Translations under genes and position numbers: made by a program | Shown: positions 53,185-64,000 of the stretch, piece by piece | Layout of the letters: the number at the start of each line of letters is the position of its first letter | Position numbering within the stretch: position 1 is the first letter of the stretch | Notes under the pieces: model-generated | What the model was told of the DNA's origin: nothing | The model's database searches: none | Seen by the model: the letters and a program-made list of their open reading frames with translations, nothing else | Source of the DNA: Stegostoma tigrinum | Taxonomy: Eukaryota | NCBI RefSeq assembly: GCF_030684315.1 | Contig: NC_081397.1 | Location: 10,192,421-10,256,420, forward strand | DNA length: 64,000 bases | Reading direction: 5' to 3'

Positions 53185-54445
53185 AGTTCAGTATTTGGTC
53201 TGTCTGTGTTGTTTTCCTGTAGACGCTGGTTTGAAGTTCCCCATTAACTGGTCGCTCTACTGTGGTACCTAGGAATGCAGTTTGTTGTTGTGTTCCTCCT
53301 CTTTTGTGAATTTTACATCAGGAAGGATATTATTGATGGTCTTGAATGTTTCCTCTAATTTGTTTTGTTTAGTGATGACAAAGGTGTCATCCACGTAGCA
53401 GACCCAAAGTTTGGGTTGGATGATTGGCAGAGCTGTTTGTTCGAGTCTCTGCACTACTCCCTCTGCTAAGAACCCTGATGTCGGAGATCCCATGGGTGTA
53501 CCGTTAGTTTGTCTGTAGGTTTTGTTATTGAAAGTGAAGTGGGTGGTGAGGCATAGGTCCACGAGCTTGATGATTTTGTCCTTGCTGATGAGGTTGGTGG
53601 TGTCTGGTGTATGTGTCTTTGGTTCTTCGACTAGTGTAGTCAGTGTTTCTTTGGCCAGATTGATGTTGATGGATGTGAACAGGGCTGTTACGTCAAAGGA
53701 GACCATTGTTTCATCCTCTTCTATCTTGGTGCTTTTGATGGTGTTCAAGAATTCTTGGCTGGAGTGAATGGAGTGGCGTGAGTCTTCTACTCGGTGTTTT
53801 AGTCTTTGGTGTAGTTCCTTGGCTAGTCTGTATGTTGGTGTTCCAGGTAGTGAGACTATGGGTCTGAGGGGAGCTCCTGGTTTGTGAATTTTGGGTAGTC
53901 CGTAGAAGCGTGGTGTGTTGGATCCATCTGGTTTCATTTTTTGGAAGAGTCTCTTGTTTAATTCTCCAGATTTTTGAAGTTTTATGAGTAAGGCTGTGAT
54001 TCGGTTCTCCAGTTGTGGGGTCAGGTCTGTCGCCACCTGTTGGTAAATATCCACCAAAAGACATGACCCACGATCACTAGTATCCTTGCATACAGATGAG
54101 GAAGGCCACCACTTTGGGACAACACATCCATCCATCTTGGACAAGACAAACAGAGACACGCACAAGAATTCCTGGAAGCATGTCATTCCAACCGAAACTC
54201 CATCAACAAACAGAGATTTGGAGCTCATCTACCACCCTTTGAGAAAAAGAACAGGAAATGACATCACCGGCACAGGAAGTGACATCACCAACCCAAGGAA
54301 ACCTAAACACCAGCGCTTCACCGTAGGCTCACTGATGATGTTACCTAGAATGGTGACGAAACGTCTGAAAATGAACCTTCCAGCTTAGTGAGCAAACTTA
54401 CATCCAGAACCTCAAACTGAGCTACAAATCTTCTCAAAACTCGCT
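53185..54445 (-). mobile_element. Penelope-like element (Poseidon-like) RT fragment with inverted 3' end
   Basis: ORF 53269-54228: FYGLPKIHKPGAPLRPIVS, SFDVTALFT, QTNGTPMGSP, YVDD. ~54045-54445 is the element's 3' end on the + strand. Confidence 0.93.
54329..54368 (+). ncRNA. Minimal hammerhead ribozyme motif in Penelope terminal repeat
   Basis: tca-CTGATGA-t-gttacc/tagaat/ggtgac-GAAA-CGTC-tga: conserved core, 6-bp helix II, 3-bp helix I, palindromic ACGT helix III. Confidence 0.75.
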
Positions 54446-54559
54446 AACAGATTAATATTGTCACTTGCAATTCTCAGCAGAAACTAACAGGTACAGGCTG
54501 GTAAATAGTCATACGTTTACGTAAGAGAAACTGACAGATATATATAGATAAATATATTG

Positions 54560-57500
54560 ATTGTAGAAATGATTTGGAGTTGGGTATTGAGGATAAAGTC
54601 TCTAAATTTACAGATCATACTAAGCCATGGAGAAGAGTGCATTGTGAGGATGATACTGAGTGACTTCACAGGGACATTGACAAGTTGGCCAAATGGGCAG
54701 AGACCTGGCAGATAAATTTCAATGCAGAAAAATATGAGCTTATGCATTTTGCTGAGAAAAATGCAAAGAAACAATACAAGCTTAAGGGTACAGCTTTAAA
54801 GGGAAAATTGGAACAGAGAGATCTTGGGGTTCATGTGCATCGTTCTCTGAAGGTGGCCAGGCCAGTTGAAACAGTTGTGAAGCAGGTTCAAAGGATCTTT
54901 GAGTTTAAAAATAGAGGCATTGAGTCTCAAAGCAAGGAAGTAATGCTACGCCTCTACAAATCATTGCTAAGACCACATTGCTCAGGCTACGCTTGTGTTC
55001 AGTTCTAGACACCTTATTTAAGGAAGAACACTCTGGAGATGGCTTAAAGGTGTCACTAGAATGACAGCAGGAATGAAGGATTTTACGTTCAAAGAAAGAT
55101 TAATGAAACCAGGCTTATTCTCCATGGAGCAGTGGGGTCACAAATGGGGGTGTTCACAATAATGAAGAATTTTGAGAGGGTAAAGTAGAATACTCTGTTT
55201 CCACTATGTCAGTAACCAGGGGTACAATTTCAAATTTGTCACCAAGACAGCTAGGAGTGAGATGAGGAGAAACATCTTTGGAGCATTGTTCGGATTTGGA
55301 ATGCACTGCCTGGGAGAGTGGTGGAGGTGGATTCCATATGAGGTATGAAGAGAGAGCTGGATATATGTTTGAAAATGATGAAGTTCGAGGGTAATGAAGA
55401 TCAGGCTGGGGAATAATCACACCTCTGATAATAGCTCACCACAATTAAAAAATAAATGCAGAGTAGATTCAATTCATTGGCTCATCTGCCCTGATACACT
55501 CACCAGGAGATCAAATGGATACTCAAGTTGGGAATGGACAGCACAAAATCTCAAATCCCTGCCATCAAGGGTCAGATCATGCTGCAGCAGAAGAGATTGG
55601 CCCACTCAGAGTTATGTGAGAGACAGTTATTCCGATGGCTTCTCAAGGCAAATTCATGTTTGGAGTTGATGTCTGGCTGAGTGAATGGGAACAAAGCTTA
55701 GCCATTTCTCAGCTGCAGAAACCTGACGCTCCTCTGTCCTCTCTTCCTTCTCCCCCTTATTTGCTGGAAGGAACAATTGCTATCCATCAATTTGTGAGGC
55801 ATTGAAGGGATTCTTCTGTGCTGTCTCACAATGTCCGCGGAAGATTGGCATAAACATTTCCCTCTTCACCTTGACCTGGTTCCTCATCCCCTCGCATATC
55901 TGTGTGCCTCAGGGTGGTGTATGTGATGCAGGATGGTTGCTGGTCTGCTTGCTCAGCCTGAAAATAGGACAATACAGAAACATAGTAAATGAGGAGCAGG
56001 AGCAAAATCGGTGGCCTCATGGACAGTGAAGGTGGTTATCTCAGAGTACAACGGGAACTTGATCAACTGGGCCAATGGGCCGAGGACTGGCAGGTAGAGT
56101 TTAATTTAGACAAATATAGAGGTGTTGCATTTTTGCTGAGGCAAACCAGGGCAGGTTAATGGTAGGGCCCTGGGGAGTGTTGTCAAACAGAGGGATCGAA
56201 GGGTGCAGGCACATAGTTGCATAAAGTGGAGTCCCAGGCGGACGGCAAGTTTGGAACAGTTGCCTTCATCAGTTCCAACACTGAGTGTAGGAGTTGGGAT
56301 GTTATGATGTGGCTGTCCAAGACATTTTGCCCCTAAGAACTCGATGCTGCTACTTGAACAACATTCACTACTCTGATCCCAACCACTTTCTGTGGCAGAG
56401 AATCCCATTGGATCCCCACCCTCTAGGTGAAGACATTTCTCCCCACCCTCAGCCCTTCCCCATCTCCTTTAGACTGTGAGCCCCTGAGGGTGGACTCATG
56501 TGTCCTTAGCCCCATGTCCAGCCATCAGCAACATCTGTGTTTACCCCTGTTAATTCCCATTGAAATTTCACAGGTTTCTATGAGATGACTCCTCATTCTT
56601 CTAAACTCCAGTGAATATAATCCTAAGCGATCCAGTCTGTCCTTATCCTTCAGTCCTGCCATCCCAGGATTCAGTCTGGGAAACCTCGGCTGCACTCCCT
56701 CCATAGCCAGGACATCCATCCTCAGAGACGGAGACCCCAGACTGCAGACACAATACAGCAGGATGTGGTCTCTCCCTGTACAATTTCAGCAAGACAGCCC
56801 TGCTCCTGGACTGGAACCTTCTCACTATGAAGGCCAACATCACATTTCCATTCTTCACCATCTGCTGCTCCTGTAATGCTCACTGTCACTGACTGGTGTA
56901 TGAGGTACATCCAGGACTTGGAGCACCCCCACATCCCAATCCGGCGGATAAAAACCCAATTTCCTGGTTTTGCACCCAAAGCAGATAACGTCACTCTGAT
57001 CTACATTGAACTGCATGAATCATTTCAGTGTTGAGCCAACAAGCTGGACATTCGGAGTGGTTGGATGGTGAACGTGGGGATATGGAGGGGTGAATGGTGA
57101 GAAAAACAAACTTTATCTGGAAGACAGTGAGAGTTACGGGATGAGCAATTAATATCTGGGGTTGTGACACAGACCAGTTCCTCTTAGAAAAGCACACAGT
57201 TGGAACAAGCCTAAAACTGACGATGACAAATGTTATTTCTCTGTACTTTGAACAGGGTGTGGCCAGCTCTGCCAAGGTGGCAAGGGGATGCCAATCTCAA
57301 AATGTCCTTGAATGGATTGACATGCTCGACCTGAAGGTAATGAGGAGTTTGCAAAGGGTTAAGAGTCACGTGCAGAGCAGATCAGGTGAGAATGGCAGAT
57401 TTTGCTCCCATAAGGACCATCAGAGACAGGAATGGGAGTAGGATATTCGGCCCCTCGATCCTGCTCCACCATTCAATAGGACTGTGGCTGATCCAACATT

Positions 57501-57680
57501 CCTCATGTCCACTTTCCTGCCCTTCCCATTGATTCCCTGTCTGATCAAGAAACTGTAAATCCCAGCCTTAAATCTGCCTTCCCCCTGCTGCCACAAATAC
57601 ATACAGCTCTGTCTAGCAAGGAGTTCCAAAGTCTCTTATCTCCCTGAGAGAAGAAATAACTTTTCATGTCAGTCTTCACT
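54560..57680. mobile_element. Cluster of decayed CR1-clade LINE fragments (both strands)
   Basis: ORF 54685-55008 WAETWQINFNAEK...EQRDLGVHVHRSLKV; ORF 56525-56719 RLDRLGLYSLEFRRMR. Confidence 0.75.
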
Positions 57681-57949
57681 ACTGAACCAGATGGTTCTTT
57701 GCTTCTCACAATGGTCATCATTAGAGCCTTAACTCCAGATCTGTTTTGTTTAAAGTTTAAGTCAAAATCCGTGATCTGCAATAGCAAGATTTAATTTCAA
57801 GTCCTCACAGTATATCCCAGGCATCTGACAAAATAGGATATTGCCTCCCCATTATTTCGAAATTGAAAGTGAATCACACTAAAGTGCGGTGTTCAGATCA
57901 GAATAAATTGCCCCGCACCTTTGAGCCAAACATCGACATCAGTGGAATC

Positions 57950-58228
57950 CCTACAGAGTAGAAGTAAGCCATTCAGTCCATTAAGTCCGTACCAACCATC
58001 TGAGCAGCATCCCACACAGACCGACTCCTCTAATGTATCCCTGTAACCATGCATTTCCCATGGTTAATCTCCCTAATCTACCAACCCCGGACACTATGCG
58101 TAAATTAGAATGACCACTCCACCGAACCTGCACACCTTGAGACAATGGGAGAAGACTGGAGCACCCGGTGGAAACCACACACACAATATGAGGCAGCAGT
58201 GCTAACCACTGAGCCACCGTGTTGCCCA
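57950..58228 (-). mobile_element. HE1-like tRNA-derived SINE
   Basis: Minus-strand head GGCAACACGGTGGCTCAGTGGTTAGCACTGCTGCCTCA (A box) and body tccaccgggtgctccagtcttctccca. Confidence 0.75.
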
Positions 58229-58393
58229 GTGTTTTTGCCGTGTAGGGCTTGGTTAGCTCAGTTGACTGTCTGGTCGTGCTGAAAGTGTGTGGTTCAGTTT
58301 CTGCACTGGTTGAGATTGCTGTGAATGATCGTTCCCCTTTGCCTTAGATGTGGTGACCCTCAGGTTAAACAGTTGAAAAGTTAAACAACAAAA

Positions 58394-58567
58394 NNNNNNN
58401 NNNNNNNNNNNNNNNNNNNNNNNNNNNNNNNNNNNNNNNNNNNNNNNNNNNNNNNNNNNNNNNNNNNNNNNNNNNNNNNNNNNNNNNNNNNNNNNNNNNN
58501 NNNNNNNNNNNNNNNNNNNNNNNNNNNNNNNNNNNNNNNNNNNNNNNNNNNNNNNNNNNNNNNNNNN
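58394..58567. other. Assembly gap (174 N)
   Basis: Run of N. Confidence 1.
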
Positions 58568-58714
58568 TCTACATGAACCACCTGCTAAAAACGTAACTTT
58601 GCTGATTAAAAATTAACTGCCAGCTTTTTCACTGCAAAATAACTTGCGTGTTTCCCACCTGATGCAACATCACAGTGAGCTGTAAATAAAAGAAAAGACA
58701 CTTTAATGACAGAA

Positions 58715-60690
58715 TGTATCTAAATGCACGGGGAGAGGGTGTAGAGGCAGATTTACCAGGATGTTGCCTTCGACACTGGAGAGTGCCAGTGATGGAGAGA
58801 GATTGGACAGACTGGGGTTCTTATCGTCAGAGCAGAGGAGATTGAGATGCTGGACATGATTGGGATGTATCAAATGATGAGGGTCCATAGATTGGGTAAG
58901 CAGGAAGAAAGGTTTCATCCTTGATGGAGGGAGCAATGAGGGACCAAGTTTTCACCCAGAAGCTGGTGGGGAACCTGCAACTTGCTACCTGTGAAGATGG
59001 GAGAGGCAGAAACCCTCATCACATATGAAGAAGAATTTTGATGTGCACCTGGGATGCCAAGGCAATGGGCTGAGTGCTGGGGAAATGGAATTAGAGAATG
59101 GTGAGGTGGTGTTTTTAACTGGCACAGGCTCGATGGGCCTTTTATTGGCACTGGAGACCTCTCCAACACTGTGACGAGCTCACTTTGGGATGTGTGTTCT
59201 ACATCCAGTATACTATTTAGATGCAATGCGATTTTGTCCATGTCATTTTCTGAGGTAAGCGGTTTGGCTTATGAGGAGAGATTGAGCAGTTTCGGCCAAT
59301 AATCTCTGGAGTTTAGAAGAATGAGAGGAGATCTCATTGAGGGATATAAGATGGAAAGGAGAAGGAAAGAGAATGATTGCTCATGTGGGACAATCTGGAA
59401 CAAGAGTTCAACATTTCAGGAGAAGGGGCTGGGACAGATTGAAAACAGAGAGAAGGAGGAATGGGTTCTGTCCAAGGGAGACAGGGATGTGAATCTGGGG
59501 GATTTGCTGTGGGTACATACTGCTGTTCTCGAGTGTGTATTCAATGTTGGGACACTGAATGAATTGGAGGAGGAGACAGACAGATTTGGAATCAATGATA
59601 GGTGAATGGGAGTGGGGGCAGGAAACTGGAGCTGAAGCCAAGATGGGATCAGCTGTGCCATATTGAATGGGGCCGTAGGCACCCAAGAGGCTGAATGGTC
59701 TCCTGCTGCTCCTAGCCCTTCAGTTGTATTGGTCATTCAGTAGCCTGGGCTCATGTTAGTGTGGGTGGTACAGACAGTAGCAACAGAAAGCTCTTATTCT
59801 GTGTTGCTAAAATGTGTAATCCATTAAAGGTCACTCAGTAAGAGTGAATGTAAGACCCATGTGATAATGGAGCAGAATTAGGCTGTTTGGCCGATCGAGT
59901 CCACTCTGTCATTTGATTGTGACTGCTGTGTTTCTCAACCCCATTCTCTGCCTTCTCCCCCTCGGCCTTGATCTCTTCACCAATCAAGAACCTATCCATC
60001 ACCGTCTTAAAGACATTCATTGAGTTCCACAGATTCAACACCCTCTGGCTGAAGAAGTTCCTGTTCATCTCAGTTCAAAAATATCATCCCTTCATGCTGA
60101 GGCTGTGCCCCTCATGTCCTCGTCTCTGTCCAAGCCTCTCAGTATTCTGTAAGTTTCAATCGGATTCTCCCTCATCCTTCTAAACTACATTGAATGCAGA
60201 CAGAGAGCCTTCACCACTCCTCATTAGACAAGCCCTTCATCCCTGGGATCTTGTAAATCTCCTCTTGACCCCCCTCCAGGGCCAGCACATCCTTCCTGAA
60301 ATACAGGGCCCAAAGCTGCTCACAATATTCCAAATATGGTTTGACCAGAGCCTAATACAGCTTCAGCAGTACATCTCTGTTCTTGAATTCTGGCCATCTT
60401 GAATTGAATTCTAATGTTACATTAACTGCCAAATGAACTTGCATGTTAACCTGAAGAGAATCCTGAAGTAGGACTCCCAAGTGGCTTTGTGCTTGAGATT
60501 TCCGAAGCCTTCCCCATTTGAAAAACGGTCTCTGCCTCTATTCCCACCAAAGTGCACAACCTCACACTTTCCCCCATTGTATTCTGTTTGCCATTTCTTT
60601 GCCCAATCTCTGAGCCTGTCCAATTCCTTCGGCAGCCTGTCTGCTTCCTCACCATTACCTGTCCCTCCACCGAACTTTCTGACATCAAAG
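58715..60690. mobile_element. Decayed CR1-clade LINE 3' fragments
   Basis: MRGDLIE.YK; RNFFSQRVLNLWNS; LDRL.DWAKKWQ.EYN.GKCEVVHFG. Confidence 0.75.
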
Positions 60691-60929
60691 AAACATGAAA
60701 TGACAACGCTCCCTGTGTGAACAATGCTGGACCCAGAGTGAATGGCTCCTTGTCCCAGAGACCCAGGCCAGAAGGGGCCACACTCAGACATTAAGCTGTT
60801 GTAATGCGGTAATAAACAGATTGATGTCTCAGTGCCCAAACTTTAGGTCACCTCAAAACAAGATGAACAATATAGCAGTTAGCTATCAATGTACGTTTCC
60901 CTCTTCCAATTCAATTCAATGACTGCCAC

Positions 60930-61625
60930 TTGGATTTCCCGTGTGTGTCTATGTTTGGCTTGGACTAGTATGGTTACCGTGTCCCAGTTAAACTGATGGC
61001 CTTCACTGTCAGTGTACCGATAGTAAGAAGCGTTTATTGTGCAGTTTTGCTGCTAGCAGATGTTCATGTGTCTTGATAGCTAGTTTTCTTCCTGCCTGTC
61101 TAAGGTAATGGTTGTGGCAGTCGTTGCTTGGTATTTTGTAGACCACATTGGGTTTGCATGTTGTGAGAATGCGGTCTTTAATCCTTGAGTGTTTATCATA
61201 AAGTGGCTGTGGGCTTGTGTGCTCCCATGATTCCTGGTGGTCTCAGGAGTCTTGTTGTTTTGGCGTGCTATGTCCTCCTGTTGTCCAAAATAAATGTTGA
61301 CTCCCGGGGCAACTCCACCCTGCCACCACCTCTCCAGGGTCTATCCTGCTGGTGGGACATGGCATATCCAGGGATGGTGATGGTGGTGTCTGGTACATTG
61401 TCTGTAAGGTATGATTCTGAGTATAATGCTGACTCTCCGGATTTTGACATGAGCTCCCAGAGGTTAGGAAGCAGGACTTTGCAGGGCTGACAGGGCTGTT
61501 TCAGGTCTGTTGTCTTTTCCGGTGCCTGACTCGATGCTGGGTGATCCATCCCATTTCATTTCATTATTCAGAACTTGTGGCGAGGAATACGACTGAATGG
61601 CTTGCTCTTTCATTTCAAAGGGTCA
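60930..61625 (-). mobile_element. Penelope remnant (~60930-61270) abutting a LINE endonuclease fragment (~61290-61625)
   Basis: ORF 61268-61549 ESYLTDNVPDTTITIPGY...DR..RGGG is APE-endonuclease-like; the left part resembles 2040-2400. Confidence 0.6.
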
Positions 61626-62440
61626 ACCCTGATTACAGGTCACTGTACTCGAAACATTAACTTTGTTTGTCTCTCTCGATGGTTGCTGCCAGATCAGCTG
61701 AGGTTCACCAGAACTTTCTGTGTTTATAACCTGTAATGTTAACTCTGTTCCTGTTTCTCTCCCTCTCCATAATCCGGCTAAGATTTTGAAATTTGCCGTT
61801 CTTGCCGTCTACTCCTGATTGATGCGAGACGAAAAACTTCAAACAGAATCTGTTCGTTTTTCAGGTGCAGTCCTGCCAAGTGAATATCATCAAAGATTCC
61901 CAGCTTCCCAAAGTGGTCTGTGTCTACTTAATGACCTATTCTACAGGTGTGGGGGTGGGGGAGGGGGGTGGGTGGTGGGGTTGTTGGGAGGTTGGCATTG
62001 GGTGTGTGGTTTGGCTGGGGGGGGGTGGTGTGGTGTCAACTTCAGAGAGATACATGATCGCGATAACGGTTTGTACAAAGTACAGCTTTCTGTCGGTATT
62101 TACTGTTTAAAAAGCAATTGGTGCATCAATTACAGATCATGGTCAATTCACCACAGTCTTACCAGATCATTAGAGCTGCTCTCCCGTTGGAGAGAGCGGA
62201 TTGGAAGGTGATGGAACCTGAGGGTCACTGCGCCTCAGGTGATTTGGAGGTTCAAAAGGAGAGTCCTTCACGGTAACCCCATCCGGTGTAGGATTTGAAC
62301 CCACACTGTTACCATTCTAATGCATCACAAAGCAGCCATTCTGAGGCAGGAATAGTCGCTGATCTGGAGAGGGGGTGTAATTACAAAACAAATAGCCTTG
62401 CCCCTCTCCCCACCTCAACATCATTGGAGATAAAGAGCTT

Positions 62441-63081
62441 TGTGATGATACTGTCGCTTTAAGAGATTATTTTGTCCTGGTTTCTTTTGAGAGAGAGAGA
62501 TTGAATGAGAGCCATTGAGCTCCCTGGTTAAGGCCACTTGACTAAACAGTTTGAGTTTTTTTTTCCAGCTCTGGTGGGTGTGGCCAGCTCTCTCAGAAGA
62601 TCAGGATTTCTCGGTTTTGTTTCATTTCACATGCACCTGAAGCTGTTGGCATCTCAAGTGCCTTTGAAGCTTCAGTGGATGTCTCCCGGCTCCTGCTGTC
62701 TCTGTATTTTCTGTTGACTTTTTATCCTCCTGGATTGGAGATCTGCACGTGAGAACCTGTGTCTCAATTTTCCATTTCTGTCAAGGACTCTGTTTATGGG
62801 ATGTTACTTTTTCTTAAAACAGTTAATTAGCAATAGTTACTATATCTACTATTTTGTTACATTTCCAACAGTGATAAGTTATTCTTAAATCATCTTTCTT
62901 TTGTTGCATTTTAACTATAGTGTTTAAATAAATTGTTTTGCTTAACATTGAGTTGTTTGCCCAATCGCATTGCATCTGAAACCAGCACTTCATGTTTGCT
63001 TTGAAAAATAAAGTTAGGGGAGAGACTACCTTCTGAAAATTCTTTGAGTGGGTCTGGCCTGGTCTAGTCTTGTCCATAACA
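62441..63081. mobile_element. Possible solo LTR
   Basis: Starts TGTGATG and ends CATAACA (6/7 inverted termini), with internal AATAAA; no matching TSD seen. Confidence 0.4.
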
Positions 63082-63329
63082 GACTGAATAATTCCAAAGA
63101 TTTATCTTGGGAAGACAGACTGAGCGGTTTTGGCCGATACTCTCTGGACTTCAGAAGAATCAGAGGGGATCCAAAATGCTAAAGTTGGGGGATTGACAAA
63201 GGAGATGGAGAGAGGATGTTTCCTCATGTGGGAAAATCTAAAATGAGAAGTCAAGTCAAGATAAGGAGTTGGGGCAGATTGAAAATGGAGATGAGGAGGA
63301 ATGGCTTCTCTCAAAGGTTGGGGAGAACG

Positions 63330-63505
63330 GGCATGTCTAACCTGCACATCCATTGGAGTGTGCCAGGAAACAGGAGCACCTGGAGGAAACCCACACCATC
63401 ACAGGGAAAATGTGCAAACTTCACACGGACAGTCACCTGAGGCTAAAATCAAAGCTGGATCCCTCACACTGTGCAGCAGCAGCGCTAACCACTGAGCCAC
63501 CATGT
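63330..63505 (-). mobile_element. HE1-like SINE 5' part
   Basis: Plus-strand gctaaccactgagccacca is the A-box head on the minus strand. Confidence 0.65.
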
Positions 63506-64000
63506 CATCCATTGAGCCTGTTCCACCTTTCAGTATGTGCCTTCACACCATTAACTTGCCTTTAGTCCCATCCCCTTATTATCTCAGCCAAACAAAAATC
63601 TGTCAGATTGGAAACTAACCACTGATCCAGCCACTGCTGTGTTTGTGGAAAAGAGATTTAAACGTCGATAACCCTTGTGTGTAATCATTTAACGGAATGT
63701 TTTCAGCCTAACGTTAGCAACATACCATGGCGATCCAAATATGAAGCCGTTCTTACTATTTTTTTTGAAACAGAATTTTCCTTACACCTGTGAATGCTCT
63801 CAGTTTCGATTATAACCTCTGGAAAACGCACACGCCCACCTGATCATGTGTTATTTGCTTACAGAAATCTACTGGTTGAATTCCTGTAGCCACAGGTTTT
63901 GGGGCAGGATTTTTGTTTGTCAAAGAGATACATCATGCTTTATGCCCCAAGTTTGTACGTTTGCTTTAGAAGTCCCGTAACCAGTAAGGGGCGGCAGGCA

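Larger units (their letters stand above)
52780..54545 (+). repeat. 49-bp minisatellite array interrupted by a Penelope element (53185-54445)
   Basis: Units at 52780-53180 and 54445-54545. Confidence 0.75.

Noticed and set aside
58190-58320. tRNA genes
   Set aside because: A-box-like heads continue into SINE bodies and I could not fold a cloverleaf.
61950-62035. G-rich tract as a functional G-quadruplex
   Set aside because: Short low-complexity tract among TE debris with no linked feature.

Overview
Eukaryotic vertebrate DNA. The repeat landscape (CR1/HER1-like LINEs, HE1-like and SacSINE1-like SINEs, abundant Penelope-like elements) points to a shark; this is an inference from remembered repeat families. 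The window holds two copies of a ~29-32 kb tandem unit carrying a replication-dependent histone set arranged H2B(+) H2A(+) H3(-) H4(-) H1(-), each gene with a 3' stem-loop. The units have lost genes reciprocally. Unit 1 (5.4-12.7 kb) has a frameshifted H3 and a clean deletion of H4. Unit 2 (37.6-44.7 kb) has an H3 with two missense changes and a stem mismatch, an intact H4, and only a 3' stub of H1. Each unit also carries an unannotated non-histone module: a CpG-rich first exon with NRF1 motifs, a strong Kozak ATG and a GTGAGT donor, plus an ~80-nt internal exon present five times in the window. Long degenerate 49-bp minisatellite arrays surround these exons. Penelope-like elements of two families carry minimal hammerhead-ribozyme motifs and often insert as fold-back palindromes with 7-15 bp target-site duplications. 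The last ~10 kb is mostly decayed LINE, SINE and LTR sequence with an assembly gap. TE boundaries and identity statements were made by eye and are approximate.
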